Sequence record: PZ534511.1
DNA length: 64,000 nt
From: a phage
Direction: 5' to 3' (one strand)
This document shows positions 16,448 through 25,533 of the stretch, in pieces. The position numbers were made by a program, and so were the translations under genes. Position 1 is the first letter of the stretch; each line of letters begins with the position of its first letter. The notes beneath the pieces are model-generated. The model ran no database searches, was not told the origin of the DNA, and saw only the letters and a list, made by a program, of their open reading frames with translations.

Positions 16448-16671
16448 AGGTCCTCTTCAACAGCTACAAACTTGGCAAGCAGGGTGGTTCCGTAGATATG
16501 ATACTCACCGTTTGCCAGATGGGAGATAAACCAGGCAATCCCTTCCTCGTCTTTAATCATCTTGTTTGCACGATCTTTATCGTAATAAACCTCGTAGGTC
16601 TTTCCTTCTTTAAAGAAGGACAGGTCTGTCATCTTTTCTTCTACAAAAGTAGCTTTAACCAAAGTTGTCAT
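16444..16671 (-). CDS. hypothetical protein, paralogue family B
   Basis: See 16253..16447. Confidence 0.45.
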   Translation of the reverse strand: MTTLVKATFVEEKMTDLSFFKEGKTYEVYYDKDRANKMIKDEEGIAWFISHLANGEYHIYGTTLLAKFVAVEEDL

Positions 16672-17042
16672 TGATCGGTCTCCTTCTTGTTAAGTCTGAA
16701 TACTGCAATAATAGCATTCCCAAGGTGCAGTGTCAAATCATTTCCAAGATACCACAACATTCCACGGTCATCTTTAATGAAAGGGTAACAATCTGGTGCC
16801 TTCCAGACATTGTACACTTTCCCAACCTGAAAGAAATCAGGCCCTGTTGGGATTTTGGTGCCAGGCCACACTTGAGATACCTGAACACACTCCACCTGCA
16901 TAATAACAGGAATAGTCATGGATGTAAATGTTTTTGTTGGTTCTACTACCATAAAAGTCTCCTCTTTGCTCAACAACACTTCCATGTGTTGATAGTTTAC
17001 ATTAGTGACAATCACCCCAATTACGACCACACAAGTATTCAC
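16668..17042 (-). CDS. hypothetical protein, paralogue family B
   Basis: C-terminal half matches family B; overlaps the end of DNA polymerase exon 2. Confidence 0.45.
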   Translation of the reverse strand: MNTCVVVIGVIVTNVNYQHMEVLLSKEETFMVVEPTKTFTSMTIPVIMQVECVQVSQVWPGTKIPTGPDFFQVGKVYNVWKAPDCYPFIKDDRGMLWYLGNDLTLHLGNAIIAVFRLNKKETDQ

Positions 17043-17355
17043 CTGTGATCTGGAACGGGACTCCCATCATTTTAGAAGCTTGCCAGAAGCAATGCACCAC
17101 CATTTCACCCACAGGGCTCCAGATAAGTTCAAGCTTTCCGTCATCGTTCAGGATAGGATCGTACACCGTGTTTCCGTCTCTGTCAACCACTTCGTTTCCG
17201 TCCTCATCCTTGCGTGCCTTTTTGTACTTATGACCGTCGAACACATGAAGTTTGGCTTCCTGCTCTGCCTTAAATGCTTCCAATTCTTCAATTGTGTCGA
17301 AGGTGTACACAGTCTTATACTTAGGCGTGTCAGGGACCTGAAGTTGGTACTCATC
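17002..17355 (-). CDS. DNA polymerase (family A), exon 2 (C-terminal part carrying the DE of motif C)
   Basis: Begins GAU GAG (DEYQLQV...), which joined to exon 1 ...YYH gives HDEYQLQV, matching T7 gp5 motif C VHDEIQV; C-terminus GRNWGDCH matches T7 gp5 GPNWAICH. Confidence 0.75.
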   Translation of the reverse strand, partial: DEYQLQVPDTPKYKTVYTFDTIEELEAFKAEQEAKLHVFDGHKYKKARKDEDGNEVVDRDGNTVYDPILNDDGKLELIWSPVGEMVVHCFWQASKMMGVPFQITGEYLCGRNWGDCH

Positions 17356-18198
17356 CATCTGTTCAGGTAGGTCGTTAAGCTACCCCGCACCATTACGTGC
17401 ATAGCCATACAGTTTCCTGTATGGATCGGACTACCTCACTGCCTTGGTAACAAGGCACCTCCCATTTCGACCGCACTTGCTGGCCTACTCTACTCGCTTC
17501 TTCACACCAACCTGTGTTGGAGCTATGCTTTCGATAGTCTCTGAACGTTACTACCAGGTGTAGTTTTTAGAGATATGTTTCCACTGTCTTCTTTGCTTTA
17601 TAGCCCTGACGGTCTCATAAGGATATCCAAGATCCCTAATCTCGCATTGTCGTAGACCACTCTGCAACAGTTCGCAAATCTCTATTACCTCATCTTCTGT
17701 CAGCACAGCGTTGGCATTATACTCACCAACTGGCCTTACTCTGAGGTCATTATCATAGGCGTGCTTGATATTTCCACCAGGGGTGGTCCATTCCAGGTTC
17801 CAGTATGCATTGTTGTACTTATTCCCATCCTTATGGTTCACCCATGTGAGCCTTTCAGGATCCGGGTTTGATACAAAGCATTCAGCAACCAGGTGGTGGA
17901 CACCTTTTGTGCACTGCTTCCCCTCGATTAGCATGGTTACGCAAAGGTAACCTCTACCATTATCAAAACAAAACATTGTTGTATGATCACGTTTCGATAA
18001 AGGTATTGTTCCATCATCAAACACGGTATACCCGTGATAATCAGCTGTTCTAGCCATTTTAACTACACCCCTTTAGTCTTCGCTGCGGATTAGCATATTG
18101 AGCTTTTACCATACTCAGGTGTAAAAGTCAACTTAGCTTTCCCGTCAATTAAAGAGGTTATTCGACATAGATCACTCTATGAAGCCACAATGTTATTT
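17356..18198 (-). mobile_element. group I self-splicing intron interrupting the DNA polymerase gene, with HNH homing endonuclease ORF in the P6 region
   Basis: Minus-strand RNA carries conserved elements P (AAUUGACGGGAAAG, 18137-18150), Q (AAUCCGCAGC, 18082-18091), R (GUUCAGAGACUA, 17535-17546), S (UAGUCC, 17428-17433), and a P9-like hairpin with GAAA loop (17406-17424); 5' exon ends in U, with GUGG available as guide sequence; intron ends in G. Confidence 0.75.
17551..18057 (-). CDS. HNH homing endonuclease (intron-encoded)
   Basis: Motif WVNHKDGNKYNNAYWNLEW (HNH core); C-terminal helix-turn-helix-like region; lies between intron elements Q and R. Confidence 0.8.
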   Translation of the reverse strand: MARTADYHGYTVFDDGTIPLSKRDHTTMFCFDNGRGYLCVTMLIEGKQCTKGVHHLVAECFVSNPDPERLTWVNHKDGNKYNNAYWNLEWTTPGGNIKHAYDNDLRVRPVGEYNANAVLTEDEVIEICELLQSGLRQCEIRDLGYPYETVRAIKQRRQWKHISKNYTW

Positions 18199-20622
18199 AT
18201 GGTAATAGATAATACGACGGACACCTTCATCGTACCACCCACGCTTCACCATTTGGTGGTGCATGAGTATCCCAACTAAGTCACACAGCGATGCACCACC
18301 ATTCTGTTGGTATGCATTAAGTAAAGAGTGTTTAGATCGGGTCCAGATAGCATGACCATCAAAAGAGTAGATAAACTTCTTACCCGTTGCTTCCCAGAAT
18401 TTCTCCAGATCCTCTTTACGCCCCTTAAGACCAGGGTTGGCATCCCAAAGTGCATCGATTACCCTTTGTCCCAACTCTGGAGAGATGTCCAGCATATCTG
18501 CAACTTTATCTTTTTGTGCCCCGTACATAACCCCATACGTGATAGGTTTACCGTCGTTACGAGACACCTCTCTGCCTGCTACTTTTGTATATGCCTCAGC
18601 ATTGTTTTGGTGTGCGTCCCCGTTACTTACAACATCATAATACAAGCCGTTGTCGAACTCAAAGGCACCCCAAGCCCCGATAAGCTGCTCTAAGTTGGAC
18701 CCGTCAATACCGATCTGAAAGTATCCAGGAGGAACACCCCACAGACTACGCATCTCTTTACCCATAACCACTTTAGGAGATGGTTTAGGCATGTTTGCAC
18801 AAATACTGTGTTTCTGTCGTGAAGTGTTTGTTAACCCAGAACTTTTAGCAGGAAGCTTATGGTCAATCTTCAAACGTGGGTGATTAAGAAGACCAGTATC
18901 AACCTTATCCTCCTTGATTGGATCAAGGACCGATCTGCGGTTTCGCAATGATAACCACAAGACGATATCTTTAGCCATCTCTCCGTTCAATTTTTCAAGA
19001 TTCGGGCATAGGTGTCCAAACGTATCTTTCAGTTGCGGAGAAGTAATAAGTGCCCTAGCTTTTCTACGTATTTTCCCGAATACTTCCTTTTTAATCCTTT
19101 CGGAGTTAGGAAAGCTTCGGAACTTGTGCACGGTTGTCTGGAACTTAGCATCAGTTTTGTTCCAGAAGTTGATAATCAGGTCACAATACTCTGACTCTAA
19201 AAGCTCGTCCATATATGCATATACTCGTGCATCAACATCTGCATCAGGTAGAGCTTTCTTCTTGCTGTCTTTAGTTACATCCTTAGTTCTCCACATTGTC
19301 GGAAGCCAACCAGCACTGATCAGGTATCGCTTAATGTCGTCCTGGTTGCTGATTTTCATAGGTATCTTGCAGTCCGGCATTCGCTTCTGCTGTAGATCAC
19401 TTATTGCCTGATCCATTAGCTCTTTAGGTAAAGGTTGTGGTGTGGAGGTGCCCTTAATATAGCCTCTCAAGAAATCAGCCATCTTATCGGGGTCTTTGCA
19501 GCCCATCTCTTCACACCATTTTATCCCTATCTTACTGACATCTCCTGTAGAGGTAAATGCTCGCTTAGGTGGGGCTTTGAACTCTAAAGCGCTCATGTCT
19601 ACAGGGTAGCCAAGCTTATCTTTTAACCATTTCCAGCCATTATTGGAAATTGTCCCATCTTGGTTGAACGGCTTTTCAGGGAATTTAGGCCGCTGAGATA
19701 TTGATAACTCTTTTAAAGGAAGTTGAGGTTCAACACGATCAGCGATCTCTTTCATCCACGCATCACAGCGGTCACGTAAAGCAATAGCCCCGTCTATGTC
19801 GAAATACACACCCTGACGGGCCTGCAGCTCCATCAGGAAGTGCTGCAGCATGCCTCGGCGTAATGCGTTCTTCCAGGTGATCTTCTTGAACCCTTTCGGC
19901 TTCTCTTTGGCAGGATCGTACATAAAGTTCTGCATGTCAGATTTGCCGTAGAATACACCTTTTGATTCCGCTACCAGCTCTTTCCAGAGCAGCTCCTGGA
20001 TGATAACGTCCTCGAATACACGATCCACATACTTCCACAACGGAAGATCGCGCCAGTCATCAATTTGAACTTTCTGGTTACCAAGGGCGTAGCCCCATGC
20101 CATAAGGCCGTGAGGACCAACAGGCTGCATTTTCTTAGTAACCGGGTTGAATACAGAGTCCGGACAACCTTTTGGTAAAGGGCGATCAGGCCACAAAATT
20201 CGACTCATCGCCAACGTATCAAACAGGTTAACCTGGTGGTCGTTGATAGTCCCCATGCATTTAGGATCACGGAACATATCAAAATGAATACCGGATAATC
20301 TTTCCATCAGCATAAAGTCATAACTGTAGCAGTTATGGCAGTTCAAAGCTGTTGGTGACCAGTCGGAATTGCCTGTAAGCCAACCTTCCAACTCCGAAAA
20401 ATCTGCTATGCGAACTTCAAAATCTTTATAAAGAGTTTTCTTTGCCAGAATGAAGTTCTTGGCCTTTTCTATATCCTCCTCGGAGTAGTGTGTGCGGTCA
20501 TTTAGAGGAAGGAACAGCATAAAACGGTTCTTATTCAGCTCTTTAAACAGACCGCAGTGATAATAAAGATCTGGGTCTTCCAAAAGCCCAGAGGCCTCCA
20601 GATCGAAGCACCAATTACTCAT
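18199..20622 (-). CDS. DNA polymerase (family A, T7 gp5-like), exon 1 with 3'-5' exonuclease and polymerase motifs A/B
   Basis: N-terminal FDLEASGL (Exo I, DxE); motif B RNDGKPITYGVMYGAQ; ORF stops 2 codons after ...YYH, before motif C, which is supplied by exon 2. Confidence 0.8.
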
Positions 20623-21353
20623 ACTGTCCCCTCCTGTTTCTTCTCAGCATTCTTTCTTGCAGCTATTGCATCGTCCCTATTCTTGAAATACCCAAGGCAT
20701 TTCCTTTTACCATCTACATAAATTCTGGCTACCCATCTTTCATGGGTTTTATCCCAATTCACCCCTGAGCAACCGCTGGTATTATTATACTGCACGGCTC
20801 TTCCACTCTTGTGCGAAAAACCATTATCTTCGAAGAACTTTCTTGCCCACTCTGCCTCTTCAAAAGTTCTGTACTGGCCTAGCCAGACCCTTTCCCCTAC
20901 AGAGTCTGTGCCTTGAGCTATCCATGCATCTCTTTCTTCAGAATAGTGCACCCCGACCCTGCCAGATTTGTTGTTGCTACGAGGTATCTTGCAACTTTTC
21001 TTTTTGTTATCTGTGGGCTCGAGTAGTTGCAAATTTTGAATACTGTTATCAGCCACACCACCTGTTTCCCTTATCTCCTTGATGTGGTCAACCTCATACC
21101 CTTCCGGTACAGGGCCGTTAAACATTTCCCAGATTATGACGTGGGCACCTTTAGTGCAATGCTTTCCTAGACTAACTACAGGCCTGCCATCAGCATCTTG
21201 CCCCTTGTCAGCTCTGGAGCCTGCTGAAGTTTTAACATATCCTACACCGCTACCTGCCAGAATGTCTATCTTCCAAAAAAGATTTTGACCGTCATACTCC
21301 AGTATCTCTGACCACAGGTGGTTGGCTACACAGTGGTCTCTGAACTCGTTCAT
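20619..21353 (-). CDS. HNH endonuclease with C-terminal AP2 DNA-binding domain (free-standing homing endonuclease)
   Basis: HNH core GYEVDHIKEI..NSIQNLQLL; C-terminal AP2-like segment VGVHYSEERDAWIAQ..WLGQYRTFEEAEWARKF; 4 nt overlap with the polymerase start. Confidence 0.75.
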   Translation of the reverse strand: MNEFRDHCVANHLWSEILEYDGQNLFWKIDILAGSGVGYVKTSAGSRADKGQDADGRPVVSLGKHCTKGAHVIIWEMFNGPVPEGYEVDHIKEIRETGGVADNSIQNLQLLEPTDNKKKSCKIPRSNNKSGRVGVHYSEERDAWIAQGTDSVGERVWLGQYRTFEEAEWARKFFEDNGFSHKSGRAVQYNNTSGCSGVNWDKTHERWVARIYVDGKRKCLGYFKNRDDAIAARKNAEKKQEGTV

Positions 21354-21411
21354 AAAGTGTTCTCCTTAAAGGGGAGGCGGTTGTACTACCCCTCCCACTC
21401 TTTGTTAAACA

Positions 21412-23490
21412 TTAAAAAGGTGTTTCATCATCTTCAAAACCGGGGACCGGATCAGAAGATGGATCATCGTACTGGAGGTCTTCCTGCGTGTCAACAGGCT
21501 TAATAGTAGGAGTTACAACCTTATCAGCTACAACCTTGCCCATAGGTGTTTCTACAACTGCATGCTCTTGGTCCTCAAACATGGCCTGAGGTCTCCAAAC
21601 AACCTCCCCACCTTCTCCGTCTGTAAACATCTGCATTTCTTTGTCCCAGTACCAATTACTGGCATCATGGAACTTACCTGTATGTGGGTCCATAACCAAA
21701 GTATCCGCAATACCCAATGTTTTTGCTGGACGGTTTTTAAGACCTACTAAACGGACACGACCACGAGAACGATCTACCATTTCTTCAGCCTCAACACCTA
21801 TGACTACCCAACTCAACTGTTCAAGCCCAGCCGATCCTCGCAAATTCTCTTTTCGCACAGGATACCAGAAAGGTAACGGGTTACCATCCTTGTCCTTAGG
21901 AGGCACAATCTCTGTACGTTTGAGGTGAGCGATCACTAGGATAAACACGTTAAACTGCTTACAAAACGCAGCCAGTTGGGTCATAGCCATGTCCAGCTCT
22001 TTTCGCTCATCCTTAACATTAAGCCCTGAAATTACCATGGACAGGTGATCCAGCACAATATAACGGCAATGGTACAGGCAAACCATTTGCTTAAGCTTGG
22101 TAATCAACTCGTCCACCGGAATAGATCCGAAATGTTTGAACACTTTGATTTTTCCAGCTTTTGCCCATGATTGGTGAATCTCTGCGTGTTCTTGATCAGT
22201 TAAAAACTGGCTAGGATCTTCAACAAACTCTTTAACATCAAACCCTAACTGGTTTGCATACAAGGAGTTAATTGCTTCCTCTGGGTCCTCCTCAAGATGA
22301 ATCATGCATAGACGATCATCCTCTTCGTAATCATCAGCCTTTGGACATGTCGGGTCCATTAGGTATCTTGCAATACAGTGTTCCAGTTTTTTAGCTACAG
22401 TTGTTTTACCGCCTCCTGATGGACCTGTAAGCATTACAAGTGTCCCTTTGTGCAAGCCTTTCAGCATTTTTTGCAGTTTTGGGAACTCTGCGCTGATATC
22501 TACCCCGTTGGAAGTCTTTTTCCGCAAAGATTCGATAGAGAAGTCTTCTAAATCCGACACAGCATCCGGCACATACTTAACAGGATGCCGGAACATGTTT
22601 ACAATATCTTCCAGCTTTTTAGCCTTCAGCATGTCACGGATATCTTTTACACCATCAGGGTCGTTTACCTCGCCAGGATATTCCACGTGGTAAACGTTAT
22701 CAGCCATCAAAAATGCTGCGATATTATGTGTGGCTTCAACACCTTTGATAACGTGTTTTTGCTTCTCTATCTCGTTAGCTGCATCGTTGTCCATTGCAAG
22801 GACCACTGTTCCGTAGCTACGGATAAATTTCTCATTGTTTGCAAAAGTATCTACTGCGTTTGCACATCCACAGTTAATTCCAACAAAAGGTAGGCAGGGT
22901 TTTCCTGCCAGATCACCACCGTTGATAACTGCGTCGATCCCGTCCTGGACCTCTTTAGCCCACTGCTTCACTTTTGCCGGGGCTTTAGCGTTGGTGAGAA
23001 TCCCTTTTACTTGTATCTGATATGCAGCCTGCCATGCTGCAATAACATCACCTTCTCCCTCACAAACGTTAATCTGCTTACGGTTGTTGGAAGATGCACA
23101 CAGCTTTTGACCAAACATCTGGGAGTTAGCCTTCACTATGCCTACTACAGACCAGTGCCCTTTCTGCTCTTTCGGCTTAGTCCAGTCACGCTTTTTGAAA
23201 CCGGACAGATTTCCGTAGCGGTCGTAATATGGGAAATATGTTGCAGTGACTGTCACACCATCTTCTTGGGACAATGCTGATCGCACACCAAAATATTGTG
23301 CAGCCATCAGACCGATATTTTGTTGTGGGACAGGGACAATTTTAGTATTTTCTAAAACAGTCTCTACAGTTTCAACCTCTTTTTCATCACGATAGTCTCG
23401 TTTCATACTACCCCCACTTTTGTATCTTGTTGCAACCGGGTTTGGCTCACCGAAACGGTTGTATGCAGATGCCATAAATTTACTTCCCAT
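21412..23490 (-). CDS. bifunctional DNA primase-helicase (T7 gp4-like: TOPRIM plus DnaB-family helicase)
   Basis: TOPRIM motifs CEGEGDVIA and MDNDAANE; Walker A GPSGGGKTT; Walker B IVLDHL; acidic C-terminal tail EDDETPF. Confidence 0.8.
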   Translation of the reverse strand: MGSKFMASAYNRFGEPNPVATRYKSGGSMKRDYRDEKEVETVETVLENTKIVPVPQQNIGLMAAQYFGVRSALSQEDGVTVTATYFPYYDRYGNLSGFKKRDWTKPKEQKGHWSVVGIVKANSQMFGQKLCASSNNRKQINVCEGEGDVIAAWQAAYQIQVKGILTNAKAPAKVKQWAKEVQDGIDAVINGGDLAGKPCLPFVGINCGCANAVDTFANNEKFIRSYGTVVLAMDNDAANEIEKQKHVIKGVEATHNIAAFLMADNVYHVEYPGEVNDPDGVKDIRDMLKAKKLEDIVNMFRHPVKYVPDAVSDLEDFSIESLRKKTSNGVDISAEFPKLQKMLKGLHKGTLVMLTGPSGGGKTTVAKKLEHCIARYLMDPTCPKADDYEEDDRLCMIHLEEDPEEAINSLYANQLGFDVKEFVEDPSQFLTDQEHAEIHQSWAKAGKIKVFKHFGSIPVDELITKLKQMVCLYHCRYIVLDHLSMVISGLNVKDERKELDMAMTQLAAFCKQFNVFILVIAHLKRTEIVPPKDKDGNPLPFWYPVRKENLRGSAGLEQLSWVVIGVEAEEMVDRSRGRVRLVGLKNRPAKTLGIADTLVMDPHTGKFHDASNWYWDKEMQMFTDGEGGEVVWRPQAMFEDQEHAVVETPMGKVVADKVVTPTIKPVDTQEDLQYDDPSSDPVPGFEDDETPF

Positions 23491-24274
23491 TAATTCTGCT
23501 CCTTACTACAGGCTCGTTTGCTAAGAATACGGCTTTTGCCCAGCCACGTGGTGTGAGGCTTCGAATCATCTTCGTTCTTGCACTCTTTCCACCCAGCTTG
23601 GCGTGTTGCATGGAATACCCGCTAACCACGTCAACTATTTGCGGGACAGGTTTTGTGGCTGGGATTATAAATCCATTACCTATCCAGCCGCAAGTTATTT
23701 TTGGATAGGCATCACGTGGAGCTATAAATTCAGGAAACCATGGATTTACATCATCTTCCGGTAAATACCCGCCATAATCCGAAGGGTGAAAACGGTAATC
23801 AGGTTTGCGCCACAGTGTGGACATAACACCTACAGGATTCTCTACATGCCACGGGCAATCGTAAATCTCTCCCAACTCTTCCGCAACCCGAGCATCCTTT
23901 ACAGCATTAATTTGGATCAGTGGGTCCTTAGCCAGCTTTTTCTTAAAGTGTGCAGCTCCTGATACCGCTAAATGCGTGCACGGAGGAAATGCAAGAATAA
24001 AGTCTGGAGCTGGATACATGCAAAAAGTTTCTTGAGGGAACCATGGGTCAATCCAATAATCCACATAGTGAATGTTAGGATGATCGGTTATCACCTCTGC
24101 ATAACTGCCGTGGTCAGCACCTTCTGCATTAAAGCACAGGCACAGGTACCCAGCTTTTGCCCAGTCAATAACTGCACCACCAGACCCGTCAAATAGACTC
24201 CACACAACACCTTTGTGGTAGTGTTCTTTGTAGATGAATTTCAATTTGCTGTCTCCTAATGCAAAAAGCCCCAC
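23480..24274 (-). CDS. C5-cytosine DNA methyltransferase-like protein
   Basis: Motif I SLFDGSGG, motif IV FPPCTHLAVSG (Pro-Cys), motif VI HVENPVG (ENV); small size (264 aa). Confidence 0.55.
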   Translation of the reverse strand: MGLFALGDSKLKFIYKEHYHKGVVWSLFDGSGGAVIDWAKAGYLCLCFNAEGADHGSYAEVITDHPNIHYVDYWIDPWFPQETFCMYPAPDFILAFPPCTHLAVSGAAHFKKKLAKDPLIQINAVKDARVAEELGEIYDCPWHVENPVGVMSTLWRKPDYRFHPSDYGGYLPEDDVNPWFPEFIAPRDAYPKITCGWIGNGFIIPATKPVPQIVDVVSGYSMQHAKLGGKSARTKMIRSLTPRGWAKAVFLANEPVVRSRINGK

Positions 24275-24290
24275 CCTTTCGGGCAGGGCC
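24260..24290 (-). terminator. rho-independent terminator (minus strand)
   Basis: Minus-strand hairpin GCCCTGCCCGAAAGGGTGGGGC followed by TTTTTGC. Confidence 0.5.
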
Positions 24291-24295
24291 TAGTG

Positions 24296-24778
24296 TTAAA
24301 CCCGGATACCTATTGTATACTCGGTGGATACCAATGTCAAATCTAAATTTAAAATTTCTTGCATCTCATAGTATGCGTCCAGGGTGAGATACATTTCCCC
24401 ATCCTTTTCTACATACTTGTCCAAGTGCTTGAGGCATTTCGGATAACTATCGAGTGCAGCTTTCAGACACTCAAATTCTGTGCTGTTGATGAATCCTTCC
24501 ATCTTGGCTACCCGTTCTGGAGTAACGATAGCACTGTAGTGAGATTTAGCTTCCTGGATGCAATGGGTCCAAGCATCAACTTTCTCTTCGAAAAGTCCGA
24601 AGAACTTCTTTTTAGTGAGCTTCAGATTCTTTAAGTGCTTAAGCACTCGGTTGCCGATCACAGCCACATCACGAAACTTAAGGATCACTTTGTCGATATC
24701 CTCGCGGCCTATTTTCACAAAGCAAGCCTCACACATTTCAGGAGCTGCGTAACCTACTTTCCACATAAAATCTGACAT
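24296..24778 (-). CDS. hypothetical protein
   Basis: Track ORF 160 aa; RBS AATAAGGAGATAG. Confidence 0.5.
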   Translation of the reverse strand: MSDFMWKVGYAAPEMCEACFVKIGREDIDKVILKFRDVAVIGNRVLKHLKNLKLTKKKFFGLFEEKVDAWTHCIQEAKSHYSAIVTPERVAKMEGFINSTEFECLKAALDSYPKCLKHLDKYVEKDGEMYLTLDAYYEMQEILNLDLTLVSTEYTIGIRV

Positions 24779-24790
24779 AACACTATCTCC

Positions 24791-25189
24791 TTATTCTTCC
24801 TGAAAAGCTATGATATCATATGAACTTGCAGATGATCCTGGTGAAGAATGACTCCAATCCAGGTCATCAGAGTAGTCAGCGTACTGTGCACCGCTACGTA
24901 GTTTGTATTTTACCCACTTACCTGGTGCAGGGTTTTCACCACCTTCCCATACTTCCCAGCCTTCTGGCAGGCCGTCCTGAGCATAGTCATCCACCTCACT
25001 AATGATCTTAGGGTTTGGCACCAAGATCCCCGCAGGCTCTTCCTTCCGGATAAGTGTCCACACAGCGTAGGTATCTGAGCAGGCGCATGATAGCAAAGTA
25101 TATCCACTATTCAGAACTTCTGCAAGCTCTTTTTCAGCATCTTCCAATTTAGTTAAGTGGTATTGGATAATCTTCACACCTGTAATCAT
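24791..25189 (-). CDS. hypothetical protein
   Basis: Track ORF 132 aa. Confidence 0.5.
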   Translation of the reverse strand: MITGVKIIQYHLTKLEDAEKELAEVLNSGYTLLSCACSDTYAVWTLIRKEEPAGILVPNPKIISEVDDYAQDGLPEGWEVWEGGENPAPGKWVKYKLRSGAQYADYSDDLDWSHSSPGSSASSYDIIAFQEE

Positions 25190-25533
25190 CAGAAACCTCC
25201 CACTTCTTCAGCAAATGCAGCTGCTGTCGTCGCTGCATCCAGATAGGACTCTAGTTCACGGGCTGCACGTTTGTAAATTGAGTGTCGCAAATCGTTTGGC
25301 AGTTGGTGGAAGTCCACCTCTTCACCGTTGTGGTAAACATGCACATCGGTAATTTGTCTAAATCCGTAATAGTCAACATCAGAATCACGGCACTCCGGGT
25401 CTGGCAACTGGACAACTGCCTGAGCTTCTACAGTAAACATATCGTCAAGTTCGAAATCGATTTCAAAAGTGTATGGTTTATAACGTTTCATCATTTGATT
25501 GTACTCTTTATTGATCAGACATATCTTTCGCAA
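25189..25533 (-). CDS. hypothetical protein
   Basis: Track ORF 114 aa. Confidence 0.45.
   Translation of the reverse strand: MRKICLINKEYNQMMKRYKPYTFEIDFELDDMFTVEAQAVVQLPDPECRDSDVDYYGFRQITDVHVYHNGEEVDFHQLPNDLRHSIYKRAARELESYLDAATTAAAFAEEVGGF

Noticed and set aside
17359-17550. Possible tRNA or independent small RNA in the gap between polymerase exon 2 and the HNH gene
   Set aside because: No T-loop (GTTCRANYC) or cloverleaf could be found; the sequence is better explained as the 3' part of the group I intron (R, S and P9 elements)
23480-24274. Calling the 264 aa protein a 5'-3' exonuclease or flap endonuclease (expected in T7-like replication modules)
   Set aside because: The sequence shows FxGxGG, PPC and ENV motifs characteristic of C5-cytosine methyltransferases rather than FEN acidic clusters
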